Source: Candidatus Latescibacterota bacterium | Lineage (GTDB): Bacteria; Latescibacterota; UBA2968; GCA-2709665 | NCBI GenBank assembly: GCA_963662665.2 | Contig: CAXXJS010000010.1 | Coordinates: forward strand, 64,001-128,000 | Direction of reading: 5' to 3' | DNA: 64,000 bases | Part shown: one piece after another, positions 1 through 10,543 of the stretch | Layout: the number at the start of each line of letters is the position of its first letter | How positions within the stretch are numbered: position 1 is the stretch's first letter | Position numbers and translations under genes: made by a program | Notes under the pieces: generated by a model | Database searches by the model: none | Told to the model about the DNA's origin: nothing | Seen by the model: the letters and a program-made list of their open reading frames with translations, nothing else

Positions 1-283
1 CTTCGGCAAAGGGTTTGTGCGCGTACGCCGGTACGATAAGCAGGATGATGTCCGGTGATTCAAGGGCTTCCCGGATATCGGTGGTGACGTGATGGATCCT
101 CGCCCGGCCTTGTCCGTCTGCGCCGAGAAGATGGATGATGCTGTCGTCCGCAACAGGATCCAGAGACGCCTTGAATTCGGGAATCTCGTAGAGGGTGATC
201 TCAAATCCCTTCAGGCTAAGATTGGCAGCCACGGCAAAAGCCGTGTTTCCGCCGCCGAGAACAGTTACGGATTTCAAGGACAT
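1..283 (-). CDS. NAD/NADP opine (octopine/nopaline) dehydrogenase family protein, 5' part (runs off the window edge)
   Basis: Not in the ORF track. Manual translation from the ATG at 283 gives MSLKSVTVLGGGNTAFAVAANLSLKGFEITLYE...DIILLIVPAYAHKPFAE, a Rossmann GxGxxA start plus the VPAyaH motif typical of opine dehydrogenases. Confidence 0.75.
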   Translation of the reverse strand, partial: MSLKSVTVLGGGNTAFAVAANLSLKGFEITLYEIPEFKASLDPVADDSIIHLLGADGQGRARIHHVTTDIREALESPDIILLIVPAYAHKPFAE

Positions 284-565
284 TGTGTAAGCCCCGTATG
301 TGGACAAGTGCGATAGTTAAATGACTTTGTCGTTGATTCGCATCCGGCCTCGAAAGCCAACCTGCAGTACCTTATGAGGCACGAATATACAGTCGCCGGC
401 GGTGCCGGACAAGACCCGATTCATTCAGATCCGGTGATGATCGCAACTGACAGGCCAACCGTTTCATCCGCCATATTGAAATTCGTGACGAGATTCCCTG
501 AAGGCCGGCCTGTCCCGGCGGGATGGTGAATTCCTGTCCGTCCATTCAACGCGAGGAGGAGAACA

Positions 566-1075
566 TTGCCCTACGAAGACCACAAAAAGCAGGCACAGGG
601 TACCGTCACGTGCGCTGTGCTCACCATCAGTGACACGCGCACGGAAGCCGAAGACAAGAGTGGCGGGATAATCAGGGACCTGCTCGAATCCGGTGGTCAC
701 ACGACGGGATTTTACCAGGTTGTCCCGGACGACCCCGCCCGCATCCGCGACCTGGTCATTCAGATTACTGACAGAGGCGATTGCCAGGCGATTCTGACCA
801 GCGGCGGCACGGGCATCGCCGCCCGGGATACGACCTACGAAGCCGTAGTCGATCTGCTCGAAAAGCGGTTGGACGGCTTCGGCGAACTCTTCCGCTTTTT
901 AAGCTGGGATGACATCGGCTCCGGCGCCATGCTCTCTCGCGCCGTCGCCGGCGTCTACCGCGACACGATGATTTTCTGCATGCCCGGTTCCTCCGGCGCC
1001 GTACGCCTCGCGATGGAGAAACTGGTGGTTCCCGAACTCTCGCACCTGGTCTGGGAGATCTGGCGCCAGAAATAA
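566..1075 (+). CDS. moaB: Molybdenum cofactor biosynthesis protein B (MoaB/MogA family)
   Basis: Motifs VLTISDTR, DKSG, TSGGTGIAARDTT, GFGELFR, AMLSRA and MPGS. TTG start with a strong GAGGAGG RBS. Confidence 0.9.
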   Translation: MPYEDHKKQAQGTVTCAVLTISDTRTEAEDKSGGIIRDLLESGGHTTGFYQVVPDDPARIRDLVIQITDRGDCQAILTSGGTGIAARDTTYEAVVDLLEKRLDGFGELFRFLSWDDIGSGAMLSRAVAGVYRDTMIFCMPGSSGAVRLAMEKLVVPELSHLVWEIWRQK

Positions 1076-1280
1076 CGTTCCGTCACCCGGAGAGCCGGGA
1101 GCCCGGACTCACGCTGCCGGTGTTTTCCCCAGGCATACGAATTCCGGAGGTGACTGTGCGACTTTGCGCGTTCAGGACCGCTTCCAGGCAGCCCCCGGGC
1201 AAACATCCCTATCTCTGATCTGAGAGACGGCGTCGGGACGTGTCCTCCTATCACGCTTCACTCTTCATAAACGGGATCCC

Positions 1281-2624
1281 ATGCTTACACGCGCTATCCA
1301 TGTACTTGTGCTGCTCGCCTTCGTCGCCTGCGCGCGATTCGGCCGAACCCACGACGCCGAATTTACCAGTCATCACAACGCGTCATACGATACGGCCGCC
1401 CACGATGCGCGTCCCTCTCCCGTTCCGGATCGCATTGTACTCACGTGGGCCGGCGATCCGTCGAATTCGCAGGCGGTCACCTGGCGAACCGATGCAACCG
1501 ACTCGGCAGCCGTCGTGGAAATCGCCCCCGCCACGGCATCTCCGCGGTTCATGCTCAATGCCCGAGAGATTTCGGCGCGCACAAAGTCCGTCACGACGGA
1601 AAACGGCGCCTCATTTTATCATTCCGCAGTCATTGACGGCCTCAAGCCCGGCACCCTTTACGCTTACCGCGTAGGGAACGACAAGATGTGGAGCGAATGG
1701 TTTCATTTCCGGACGGCCAGGGATGGACCCGCACCGTTTTCCTTCATCTATCTGGGCGACGCCCAGAACAACATCCTCTCGCTCTGGTCCCGTACCGTCC
1801 GTGCCGCGTATGCGGACGCGCCGCACGCAAGTTTCATTCTGCACGCCGGGGACCTGGTCAACCGCGCCAACAGCGACGGTGAGTGGGGTGAATGGTTCCG
1901 GGCCGGTGGCTTTCTCCATGCAACCATCAACGCCGTTCCCACTCCGGGCAACCATGAATACGCCAAAGACCAGCAGGGGGTGCGTCGCCTTTCCCGCCTC
2001 TGGCGCCCGCAATTCACGCTGCCACAAAACGGCCCAGATGGTCTGGAAGAGACCGTATATTATATAGACTACCAGGGCGCCCGCATCATCTCCCTCAATT
2101 CCAACGAAAAACGCGGCGACCAGGAACCCTGGCTGGAAACCGTCCTGCGGGAAAATCCGAACCGCTGGACGCTTGTCACCTTCCACCATCCAGTCTACGC
2201 CACGGGAGAAGGCAGGGACAACAAGACGTTGCGTGATCTGTGGAAGCCGTTGTTCGACAGATACCGGGTAGACCTCGTCCTGCAGGGACACGACCACACC
2301 TACGGCCGCGGTTCCAATCTCCCCACGGGCGCCATCGCCCGTGACGACGGAGACGGCACCGTCTACGTCGTCTCCGTGAGTGGTCCCAAACAGTACAGAC
2401 TTACGTCAAAACGGTGGTGGCGCCGCGCCGCCGAGAACACCCAGCTCTACCAGACCATTGCGGTAAACGGGGACACACTCCGGTACGAAGCCCGAACGGC
2501 CACGTCCGAACTCTACGATGCATTCGACCTGATCAAACAAAACGACGGTCCCAACATGCTCGTAGACCGCGTCCCGGACACCCCTGCACGCACGCACCTG
2601 AACACCATCGGCGGGCGGGATTAG
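1281..2624 (+). CDS. Secreted purple acid phosphatase-like metallophosphoesterase with N-terminal FN3-like domain
   Basis: Signal peptide; motifs GDAQ, HAGDLV, GNHE, FHHP and GHDH; GLKPGTLYAYRVG FN3 motif. Confidence 0.85.
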   Translation: MLTRAIHVLVLLAFVACARFGRTHDAEFTSHHNASYDTAAHDARPSPVPDRIVLTWAGDPSNSQAVTWRTDATDSAAVVEIAPATASPRFMLNAREISARTKSVTTENGASFYHSAVIDGLKPGTLYAYRVGNDKMWSEWFHFRTARDGPAPFSFIYLGDAQNNILSLWSRTVRAAYADAPHASFILHAGDLVNRANSDGEWGEWFRAGGFLHATINAVPTPGNHEYAKDQQGVRRLSRLWRPQFTLPQNGPDGLEETVYYIDYQGARIISLNSNEKRGDQEPWLETVLRENPNRWTLVTFHHPVYATGEGRDNKTLRDLWKPLFDRYRVDLVLQGHDHTYGRGSNLPTGAIARDDGDGTVYVVSVSGPKQYRLTSKRWWRRAAENTQLYQTIAVNGDTLRYEARTATSELYDAFDLIKQNDGPNMLVDRVPDTPARTHLNTIGGRD

Positions 2625-2643
2625 CCTGGAGCCGGGAGGGACA

Positions 2644-3597
2644 ATGCCAAGGGTGGGGCTGATCGCACATCCTGATTTTTCGCAGCACGATACCGGCCCG
2701 GGTCACCCCGAACGACCCGAGCGGCTCCACGCAATCCGGAAACGGCTGGACGAAACCGATCTCCGGGGCCGGCTCCTCGACGTTGCGCCGAGGATACTCG
2801 AAGCCGACTGGCTGGAGAAGGTCCACACGGCGCGGCATATCGCAGAGGTGCAACGCCGGTGTGAACGGAACGTGCGGCTGATGGACGCAGGTGACACCTT
2901 TATTTGCCCCGCGTCCTTCAACGTTGGCCGTCTCGCGGCAGGGGCCGCCTGCGAGGCAGTCGACGTCGTTATGAATGACCGTGCAGACGCGGTATTCTGC
3001 GCCACGCGTCCACCCGGCCACCACGCCGAACGCGACCGCGCGATGGGCTTCTGTCTGTTCAACAACGCGGCCGTCGCCGCACGATACATCCAGTCAGACC
3101 ATCGACTGGAACGAATCCTCATTGTCGACTGGGACGTACATCACGGAAACGGCACGCAGAACATCTTCGAAGAAGACCCCACGGTCTTCTATTTCAGTAC
3201 CCATCAGTATCCCCATTATCCGTGGTTCAGCGGCAGCAGCGGCGAGACGGGAGTCGGCGCCGGAAAAGGAACGAATCTGAACGCGCCCATGCCTGCCGGG
3301 GCGGGCAACGAACAGTACCTTCGCGCATTCGACGAACTTCTGGCCCCCGCAATGGAACGATTCCACCCGGAATTCGTCATCGTCTCCGCCGGATTCGACG
3401 CGCACGTTGACGACCCCCTGTCCGGCACCCGGGTCACCGAAGCCGGATTCGCGGAAATGACGCGCCGCGTCCGGAGAATCGCCAAGGCCTACGCCAACGA
3501 TCGTTTGATCTCGGTTCTGGAGGGCGGCTACGACCTCAACGGCCTCGCCCGTTGCGTCGAGTATCATGTAGGCGCCTTATTGGAAGACTTGGCGTAA
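2644..3597 (+). CDS. Zn-dependent histone deacetylase family protein (AcuC/APAH-like)
   Basis: HPERPERL, RPPGHHA, GFCLFNN, DWDVHHGNGTQ, SAGFD and LEGGY motifs. Confidence 0.92.
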   Translation: MPRVGLIAHPDFSQHDTGPGHPERPERLHAIRKRLDETDLRGRLLDVAPRILEADWLEKVHTARHIAEVQRRCERNVRLMDAGDTFICPASFNVGRLAAGAACEAVDVVMNDRADAVFCATRPPGHHAERDRAMGFCLFNNAAVAARYIQSDHRLERILIVDWDVHHGNGTQNIFEEDPTVFYFSTHQYPHYPWFSGSSGETGVGAGKGTNLNAPMPAGAGNEQYLRAFDELLAPAMERFHPEFVIVSAGFDAHVDDPLSGTRVTEAGFAEMTRRVRRIAKAYANDRLISVLEGGYDLNGLARCVEYHVGALLEDLA

Positions 3598-3718
3598 ACT
3601 GCCGCGGTCCCAACTCCGGTCGGTGGAACCTTTAACTCAATTCAGTCGTCTACTACCTCAACTGCCAGCGTTTCGGCCGTCACCGGCCGTTCGCGTCGAA
3701 ACCGTCTATGGAGGTTCA

Positions 3719-4588
3719 GTGAGCACAAGCGATCCCGTTGTTGCATTCCAGGGAGAAATGGGCGCCTTCAGCGAAATGGCGGCCCGCAGTTATTTCTGCG
3801 AAAATGTCCACGTGGTCCCTCAGCGCGATTTCGATGGCCTGTTCAACGCGGTTTCCAGCGGCGTATGCACGCACGGCATGGTCCCCATTGAGAATTCCCT
3901 CATGGGTAGCATTCACGAAAACTACGATTTGCTCCTCCGGCAGGAACTATGCATCACAGGCGAAATCAAGATGCGTATCGTTCACAATCTAATTGTCAAT
4001 CCGGGCGTGAGGATGGAAGACGTCAGGCAGATCTACTCACAGGCGCCTGCCCTGGCGCAATGTACCGAGTTCTTTCGATCCAACGAAGGCGTCGAAGCCG
4101 TGGTTGCCCACGACACGGCCGGGGCCGTCAAGCAGATCAAGGAAGAGAACGCAAGAGATGCAGCGGCCCTTGCCAGCGCACAGGCGGCCATCGACTACGA
4201 TCTGGAAATCCTTCACGAAGGGCTTGAGAACGATCATCGCAATTACACCCGCTTTCTGGTCGTTGCCCCGGAACCGGCTGAACCCGTCGAACCCGCGAAA
4301 ACAACCGTCGTGTATGCCCTGGATCACATCCCCGGAGCCCTCTTCAAGAGCCTGGGTGTCTTTGCCATGCGTGATATCAATCTGCTCAAAATTGAATCTC
4401 GCCCCTTGAGCGGACGTCCCTGGGAATATGTCTTCTACCTCGACTTTGAAGGCCACCTGTCGAGCGAAAGCAGCCGACAGGCTGTAGAGCACCTCGAACA
4501 AATGGCCAGCTTCCTCAAAATTCTCGGCTCCTACACGCAGGGCAAGACTGTTGAAGGCAGTTTGCGGGAGAAGAGGGTGGCGCCATGA
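3719..4588 (+). CDS. pheA: Prephenate dehydratase (monofunctional PDT-ACT)
   Basis: AFQGEMGAFSE, VPIENS, NYTRF, and ACT motifs IESRP and YVFYLD. GTG start at 3719 follows GGAGG. No chorismate mutase domain. Confidence 0.9.
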   Translation: MSTSDPVVAFQGEMGAFSEMAARSYFCENVHVVPQRDFDGLFNAVSSGVCTHGMVPIENSLMGSIHENYDLLLRQELCITGEIKMRIVHNLIVNPGVRMEDVRQIYSQAPALAQCTEFFRSNEGVEAVVAHDTAGAVKQIKEENARDAAALASAQAAIDYDLEILHEGLENDHRNYTRFLVVAPEPAEPVEPAKTTVVYALDHIPGALFKSLGVFAMRDINLLKIESRPLSGRPWEYVFYLDFEGHLSSESSRQAVEHLEQMASFLKILGSYTQGKTVEGSLREKRVAP

Positions 4589-5754
4589 ACCTGGCAGGCA
4601 GGATGGCGCAGCTTGGGACGGAATCCGCGTTCGAAGTCCTCGTCAAGGCGCGAAACCTCGAAGCCCGGGGCAGGGACGTGGTCCACCTCGAAATCGGCGA
4701 ACCCGATTTCGATACGCCGGCCCATATTGTGGATGCCGCCCAACAGGCGCTCACTGCGGGATATACGCACTACGGCCCTCCGGTGGGCCTGCCGGAACTC
4801 CGCGAAGCCATCGCGCGCGATGTCTCCGGGTTCCGGGGGATTTCAGTCGATCCGGATCAGGTTGTGGTCACCCCCGGCGCCAAACCCATTATGTTCTATG
4901 CCATCCTGGCCCTCGCGCAGCCAGGCGACGAGGTCATCTATCCCGATCCCGGATTTCCAATCTACGAGTCGGTAATCAGATTTGCCGGCGCCCGGCCGGT
5001 GCCAATTGCGCTAAGAGAGGAACGGGCCTTCAGTCTGGACGTGAATGAACTTGCGGATCTGATCACGGAGCGCACGCGACTTCTCATCATCAATTCTCCT
5101 CAGAATCCCACCAGTGGCATCATTCCTCGGGGCGACCTCCAGGCGATTGCGGAAATTGTCGTCGACAGGGGAATCCCGGTCCTTGCCGACGAGATCTATT
5201 CCCGGATCCTTTACGACGGCGAATTCCACAGCATCGCCGTCTACGAGGGCATGCAGGACCAGACCATTATCCTGGACGGCTTCTCCAAGACGTACGCGAT
5301 GACGGGATGGCGCATCGGTTACGGGGTGATGCCGCGAAGTCTGGTGGATAAGTTCGGACTCCTGATGGTCAACAGCAATTCCTGCACCGCCTCGTTCACC
5401 CAGCGCGCCGCCCTGGCCGCCCTTCAGGGCCCGCAGGATGACGTCCACGCGATGGTGGCTGAATTCAGACGCCGGCGGGACGTCTTTGTCGCGGGCCTCC
5501 GCGATATTCCCGGCATTCGCTGCCCGCTCCCCGGCGGCGCATTCTACCTCTTTCCGAATATTGCAGGCCTGGGTCACTCGTCCCAGGAATTCGCCGATTA
5601 CCTCCTCAATGAAGGGAACGTCGCGGCGCTGTCAGGCAATGGCTTTGGCGCCCTCGGCGAAGGACACATTCGCTTCTCCTACGCCAATTCGGTTGAGAAT
5701 ATACGCAAGGCGCTGGACCGCATTGCAGATTGCGCGCGAAAAATACGGGAATAA
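4585..5754 (+). CDS. PLP-dependent class I/II (aspartate/aromatic) aminotransferase
   Basis: IGEPDF, NSPQNP, DEIY and GFSKTYAMTGWRIGY motifs. ATGA overlap with pheA. Confidence 0.9.
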   Translation: MNLAGRMAQLGTESAFEVLVKARNLEARGRDVVHLEIGEPDFDTPAHIVDAAQQALTAGYTHYGPPVGLPELREAIARDVSGFRGISVDPDQVVVTPGAKPIMFYAILALAQPGDEVIYPDPGFPIYESVIRFAGARPVPIALREERAFSLDVNELADLITERTRLLIINSPQNPTSGIIPRGDLQAIAEIVVDRGIPVLADEIYSRILYDGEFHSIAVYEGMQDQTIILDGFSKTYAMTGWRIGYGVMPRSLVDKFGLLMVNSNSCTASFTQRAALAALQGPQDDVHAMVAEFRRRRDVFVAGLRDIPGIRCPLPGGAFYLFPNIAGLGHSSQEFADYLLNEGNVAALSGNGFGALGEGHIRFSYANSVENIRKALDRIADCARKIRE

Positions 5755-5770
5755 CGCCTCGTATGCGGCG

Positions 5771-5817
5771 CACAGACAGCCCCGGCGACGTAAAGTTGCC
5801 GGGGCTGTCTGTGTTTT
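5771..5817 (+). terminator. Intrinsic terminator between convergent genes
   Basis: Perfect 16-bp stem CACAGACAGCCCCGGC / GCCGGGGCTGTCTGTG followed by TTTT. Confidence 0.8.
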
Positions 5818-5889
5818 CAGAACTGACGAGAATCCACGTCTGCATTTCGCAAATGAACGAAACACCTCGCGGTCCTGCATTCCCGAAAT

Positions 5890-8004
5890 CTACCACATCA
5901 CTCTGAACGACGTTGCCGCACTCACCTCCTGCCGGCTGTTCAAATCCAGAACGTTCACGCGGAATTCCCTGGGCCCGGGGAACATCTCCAGGTTCAACAC
6001 CTGGTAAATCGGCTCCCACGCCTGCGATCCCTTGTGGGTGTAGGAAACCGCCGTGGTCCACTCGGGCGCCGTCGCCGCCTCGTCTTCGCTTACCTTTCGG
6101 ATCTGGTACGTGACCTGATATTTGGTAGACCCGAACCGATCTTTCTGCAAATTGTAGATTTCATAGTAAAAATACGCCTGCGCACCCTGCTGATACTGTT
6201 TGAGCGGATTGGGCAGGATGAGGTATCGATCGCGCCCGTAGGGCGCCTGCTCCCTTTCGACAATTCGCCGCGCGAGCAGCATATCGCTTACGCTCAGCGA
6301 ATCGTATCCGAATGTTCCAACCTGCAACACGCTCCGAAACGTACCGATCGATTTTGTCTTCCTGTCTTCAGCCTCGGCCGCGATGAAATACTTCCCCGGC
6401 GCCAGCATCAGCTTCTCGCTGGCAAACAGATACCCTTCCCTGGTAGCCGCATATTGTACCCACGGCATCATTTCCAACCTGCCGACGTCCTTCCGCAGCG
6501 TATCCCAATTGGCGTCGAACAAAAACAGACCCTGGCGTATTTCCACGGCCTGCGCCCCGGTCCGGGCTTTTCTGTGTTGGACTTCCTCACCGGGAAGCGC
6601 GTAATATACCTCCACTCTGGCCGTGTCCCCGTCCCCGCGAAACCGGGCCATCTGGTACGGCGCGTCGTACCGTTCCCATTTATACGGATCCTTATAATAC
6701 TCGGGTACCTTCGTTGTCATCGCATCGAAATCCACCGGTCGGTTCCCCAACCATCCCACCCGATAACGCCAGTTATCCCGCCCATCGGTATTTGCAAACA
6801 GCAGACGAAACCCGCCGTAGTCCCACATCTCCAGACGGGGGCGGTCTTTATAGGGCATGGATCCCTGCTGGTTCAGCCAGTACAGATGATCCTGGTACCA
6901 CACCGGCTCATCCAGACCCGTATCGATTTCGGGCGGTCGGACGCTCCTCGCCTCCGGACGTCCATACCGGATATACGCCTGTCCCTTGTCCGTCGTCCAG
7001 CCCGAGATTCCCCGTTCCGGATCTCCGAAACGAAGGTTGGCATACGCTACCCGTCCACAATGTTCCATCAGGCGCTCGTTAACCGGTGTCAGGAACAACG
7101 GGTCCCTCCCCGTCCAGAATGCGCGCAACGCGTCTTCATCCGGCAGGTCTTCGCCCGCCTCCATCGTCTTTTTTCCCACCAGCATGAAAACGGACATCAT
7201 GAATTGCTGTTGACGCGGCAACATCCGGCGCAACCCGTTCACGTAGGCCGGATAGGCGCGCTTGAGTTCGTCCTGCGCCTGGTACGCCAACCCCAGGAAG
7301 AAATGAGCGTCCGGATCGTTGGGGTGACGTTTCAGGAATTCCTCGAATAACAACGCCATCTTATCAGGCATCCGCGCTTCGTAATACACCAGACCCAGCA
7401 GAAGCAGCGACGGTCTGTGGTCCGGATCGACGTTCAGCGCTCTGGTTAGATATCCGATCGCCTGATCGCGGTCTTGCTCCCCGAATCTTTCCAGACTGAA
7501 CGATCTCATGCGTCGATTGCCTAAATCGTCGTACTGATAATCGATCCGCTCGCCTTCAAGGTAGCGCGACATCTGCCAGGCCGCATACCGGCCGGCCAGA
7601 TACAGGGCGCCAACGTGGTTCGGGTTAATATCGATGGCTTTTCTGGCATTCTTATAAGCGTGGCCCCGCCTGCCAAGGGCCCAAAGCACTCTCGCGTACT
7701 CGATACGGAAATCCATGTTCGTTTTGTCTTTCCGCATTGCCCGCTGCAACCAGGTGGAGGCCTGCCTGGGCGTACCCGGCGTACTCTCGTCGCTGTAAAG
7801 CCGCGCGAGTTCGTACATTGCCCATCCCGTATCGTCGGACCGGATCGCTTCCCGGATAATCTTTTCACGTTTCCGGTATTCGACCGTGCTGTCCGATGCC
7901 GCCGCAAGGAGCGAATCCACCCCCGTCGAAACCGCTCTGGCGGCTTCGACGGGCGCCGCGCAGACCAGAATGGCGCCCGCGATCACAAAAGCCAATGTCC
8001 GCAT
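5890..8004 (-). CDS. GWxTD domain protein with N-terminal TPRs (secreted)
   Basis: Signal peptide MRTLAFVIAGA after GGAGG; TPR-like repeats; FWTGRDP...NE...H..RV.YA and GWTTDKGQAYIRYGRP motifs. Confidence 0.85.
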   Translation of the reverse strand: MRTLAFVIAGAILVCAAPVEAARAVSTGVDSLLAAASDSTVEYRKREKIIREAIRSDDTGWAMYELARLYSDESTPGTPRQASTWLQRAMRKDKTNMDFRIEYARVLWALGRRGHAYKNARKAIDINPNHVGALYLAGRYAAWQMSRYLEGERIDYQYDDLGNRRMRSFSLERFGEQDRDQAIGYLTRALNVDPDHRPSLLLLGLVYYEARMPDKMALLFEEFLKRHPNDPDAHFFLGLAYQAQDELKRAYPAYVNGLRRMLPRQQQFMMSVFMLVGKKTMEAGEDLPDEDALRAFWTGRDPLFLTPVNERLMEHCGRVAYANLRFGDPERGISGWTTDKGQAYIRYGRPEARSVRPPEIDTGLDEPVWYQDHLYWLNQQGSMPYKDRPRLEMWDYGGFRLLFANTDGRDNWRYRVGWLGNRPVDFDAMTTKVPEYYKDPYKWERYDAPYQMARFRGDGDTARVEVYYALPGEEVQHRKARTGAQAVEIRQGLFLFDANWDTLRKDVGRLEMMPWVQYAATREGYLFASEKLMLAPGKYFIAAEAEDRKTKSIGTFRSVLQVGTFGYDSLSVSDMLLARRIVEREQAPYGRDRYLILPNPLKQYQQGAQAYFYYEIYNLQKDRFGSTKYQVTYQIRKVSEDEAATAPEWTTAVSYTHKGSQAWEPIYQVLNLEMFPGPREFRVNVLDLNSRQEVSAATSFRVMW

Positions 8005-8064
8005 ATTCCCTCCTGAAGGTGGCTCACAACGTCGCACTAACTTAACAACGCCATAATTGGCAGT

Positions 8065-8093
8065 TTGACAAAGGAAAAAATGGCCGGTATCAT
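8065..8093 (+). promoter_or_regulatory. Putative sigma-70 promoter of the catabolic cluster
   Basis: TTGACA-17 bp-TATCAT. Confidence 0.55.
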
Positions 8094-8272
8094 GTATACG
8101 AACGATCCGTATAAAAGTTCTCCGTCAATCCCGCCGGACCGGCGTTTCAACTGGCGAAAACGCCAGAAATGAATTGTGTTTACGCGACCTGCGATTAATG
8201 ACGCACAATCCGGGGCGGAGACGCACACCGGCTGCAACGTCCCAACACAAAGCGCTATTCCCGGAGATTTCC

Positions 8273-9343
8273 ATGTCCAACCCGTACGGCGAGCGGCCTG
8301 ACGTCATCCGCCGCTGGATCAACGATCGCCAGCGCCTGCTTCGAAATGAATCCGAGGAATTCCTTCGGAATGAAGTCCTCAACTACGGGCCGAGGCAGGC
8401 CGCGCAATGGAGCCGGGACTACAGTTCGGTTGAAGCCTTCGAACGTTCAGTCGCGGACAATCGCCGCCGCTGGAACGAAACGATCGGCGTCTTTGAGCCG
8501 GACGGCACCCGGCTGGAACCGGTACTGGAACCATGGTACGAAGACGACAGGTTTACCGCGTGGTGGCTTACCATCGGGTTGTTGGGCAATCTGAGGGGTC
8601 GCGGAATACTCGCGCTTCCCAAGGGCAGGGACGATCCCGCCCCGCTCGTCATTGCCCAGCACGGGATCGGATCATCGCCCGAAAAGGCGTTCGGCCTGGA
8701 CGACTCGGGCGATCTGTACAAATCCTACGGCCGTCGCCTGGCGGAAGCGGGTTTTGCCGTTATCGCTCCCATGAATATTTCGGGCGGCCCTCCCCGAGCC
8801 AGGCAGGAACGCCTCTGCAAACTCCTGGGCAAAACCCTCTGGGGCCTCGAAATCTTCCGTACCCAACGCCTTCTGGACTACCTGGAGACCCGCCCTGAAA
8901 TCGACGTCGCACGCACGGCCATGTATGGCATCAGCCTCGGCGGCGCCTACACCATGTTCACAACACCGGTGGAACCCCGGATCAAGGCCGCCGTGGTTTG
9001 CGCCTGGTTCAACCACAGGCGCAATAAAATGGCCGTGGACGACCCCCGGTACAGCTGTTTCCTATCCGTCAACGAAGAGCACGTATGGATTCCCGGCTGG
9101 CTGAACGCGTTCACCGACGGCGACCTGGTTTCACTCATCTGTCCCCGTCCGCTGCTGGTAGAGCAGGGCAAAGCCGACGGCATCGCGTGGTGGCCGATGA
9201 TGCTGGAGGAGTATCGCATGGCCTGCGAACACTACGCCAGGCTCGGTTTGTCCGATCGTATCGAAATCGACCTTCACGAAGGCGGCCACGAGATACGGCT
9301 CGATAAGAGCCTTCGATTTCTCGAGAAATGGTTGACGCCGTAA
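8273..9343 (+). CDS. Alpha/beta hydrolase (dienelactone hydrolase/acetylxylan esterase-like)
   Basis: HG motif, nucleophile GISLGG, LICPRPLLVEQG and C-terminal GGHE. Confidence 0.75.
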   Translation: MSNPYGERPDVIRRWINDRQRLLRNESEEFLRNEVLNYGPRQAAQWSRDYSSVEAFERSVADNRRRWNETIGVFEPDGTRLEPVLEPWYEDDRFTAWWLTIGLLGNLRGRGILALPKGRDDPAPLVIAQHGIGSSPEKAFGLDDSGDLYKSYGRRLAEAGFAVIAPMNISGGPPRARQERLCKLLGKTLWGLEIFRTQRLLDYLETRPEIDVARTAMYGISLGGAYTMFTTPVEPRIKAAVVCAWFNHRRNKMAVDDPRYSCFLSVNEEHVWIPGWLNAFTDGDLVSLICPRPLLVEQGKADGIAWWPMMLEEYRMACEHYARLGLSDRIEIDLHEGGHEIRLDKSLRFLEKWLTP

Positions 9344-9432
9344 CCGGTTACCATTGGCCTGCCGGATCTCCTTCCGACAGTTGACGGCTGAACCCGATGT
9401 ATCAAGTTACAATACACAAAAAGGAAATTGAC

Positions 9433-10440
9433 ATGGTTAAACTCGGTGTCTTCGGATGCGCGGGCATTGCAACCCATCAACTGAATTCCGTCCGGGACGA
9501 CAATCGCTTTCAGGTCGTCGCCGGGGCGGACGTCCGTCCGGAACAGCTCGACCTTTTCCGGGAAAAATTCGAAATGGAGCACGGGTACGCCGATTACCGG
9601 GTCCTGCTCGCCGAAGCCGACGTCGAGGCCGTGATGATCTGCACGCCCACGTTCCTCCATCCGGAAATGGCAATTGCCTCCGCGGAAGCCGGCAAACATA
9701 TCTTCTGCCAGAAACCCATGGCGATGAGCTCGTACGACTGTTACCGCATGATCCAGGCCTGCCGTGGAAATAATGTCAATCTCCAGATCGGTTTCGTACG
9801 GCGTTTCGACAGTGACTGGGGCACGGTAAAAAAGGTCGTCGAATCCGGCCGGCTGGGCAGCCCGGTGCTCTGGCGTCAGGTCGCCGGTGGATCGCCCCCA
9901 GGCAGCCCGTTCTTCATGGACCGCTATCAGGGCGGCGGTCCGATGATCGACGGAATGGTCCACAACTACGACTTTGCGGTCCACTGTTTCGGCGAACCGG
10001 TGGAAGTCAAGTCCATGCCCATGAAAATTCACCACACGTCCTCGGCCTGGGATACGGGTACCGTCCTCGTCCGCTTTGAAAGGGGCGACGCCATTATGTG
10101 TTCATGGACCTGGGGGCTGCCGTCCGGCGTGCGTTCCGGAGGGGGTACGGACATTGTCGGTCCCAACGGCGTACTCATGTTTCCCGGCAACTACGATCCA
10201 AAGAAGGTCGAAGGCAAGTACGACGCCGACACGCAGGGCGCCTATCTCCTTTCCCTGGCTGACGGCGAAGAGGAAGTCATCACCTTTGAAAAGAAAAACA
10301 TGTTCCGGGATGAGTTGCTGCATTTCGCCGACTGGGTTCAAAGTGGAACCGATCCCCTCGTTACCGGTGAAGACGGGCTGTGCGCCACCCGGATTGCCGA
10401 ACTCGCGCTTAACGGCGGCGGTCTGGTTCAGCCGGCGTAG
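9433..10440 (+). CDS. Gfo/Idh/MocA family oxidoreductase
   Basis: GCAGIA Rossmann start, CTPTFLH, CQKPMA, GFVRRF and GGGPMIDGMVHNYD. Confidence 0.88.
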   Translation: MVKLGVFGCAGIATHQLNSVRDDNRFQVVAGADVRPEQLDLFREKFEMEHGYADYRVLLAEADVEAVMICTPTFLHPEMAIASAEAGKHIFCQKPMAMSSYDCYRMIQACRGNNVNLQIGFVRRFDSDWGTVKKVVESGRLGSPVLWRQVAGGSPPGSPFFMDRYQGGGPMIDGMVHNYDFAVHCFGEPVEVKSMPMKIHHTSSAWDTGTVLVRFERGDAIMCSWTWGLPSGVRSGGGTDIVGPNGVLMFPGNYDPKKVEGKYDADTQGAYLLSLADGEEEVITFEKKNMFRDELLHFADWVQSGTDPLVTGEDGLCATRIAELALNGGGLVQPA

Positions 10441-10543
10441 CGCGTGCAGCGGAAATGCCCGCAGGATTCGAATAAACGGTGAGATATAAGCGGGTCATAC
10501 CGGTATCAACTGATTTCAGGAACCCCTCCGGCACGAGATATTC

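Noticed and set aside
290-565. Possible Moco riboswitch upstream of moaB
   Set aside because: I could not identify the conserved Moco RNA motif by eye; an Infernal/Rfam search would be needed.
2644-3597. Histone deacetylase as a eukaryote-derived effector or a dedicated Acs regulator
   Set aside because: The family is widespread in bacteria, there is no secretion signal, and acs is about 58 kb away with no evidence of linkage.
6034-7350. 438-aa plus-strand ORF antisense to the GWxTD gene
   Set aside because: Low-complexity Arg/Pro/His-rich shadow translation.
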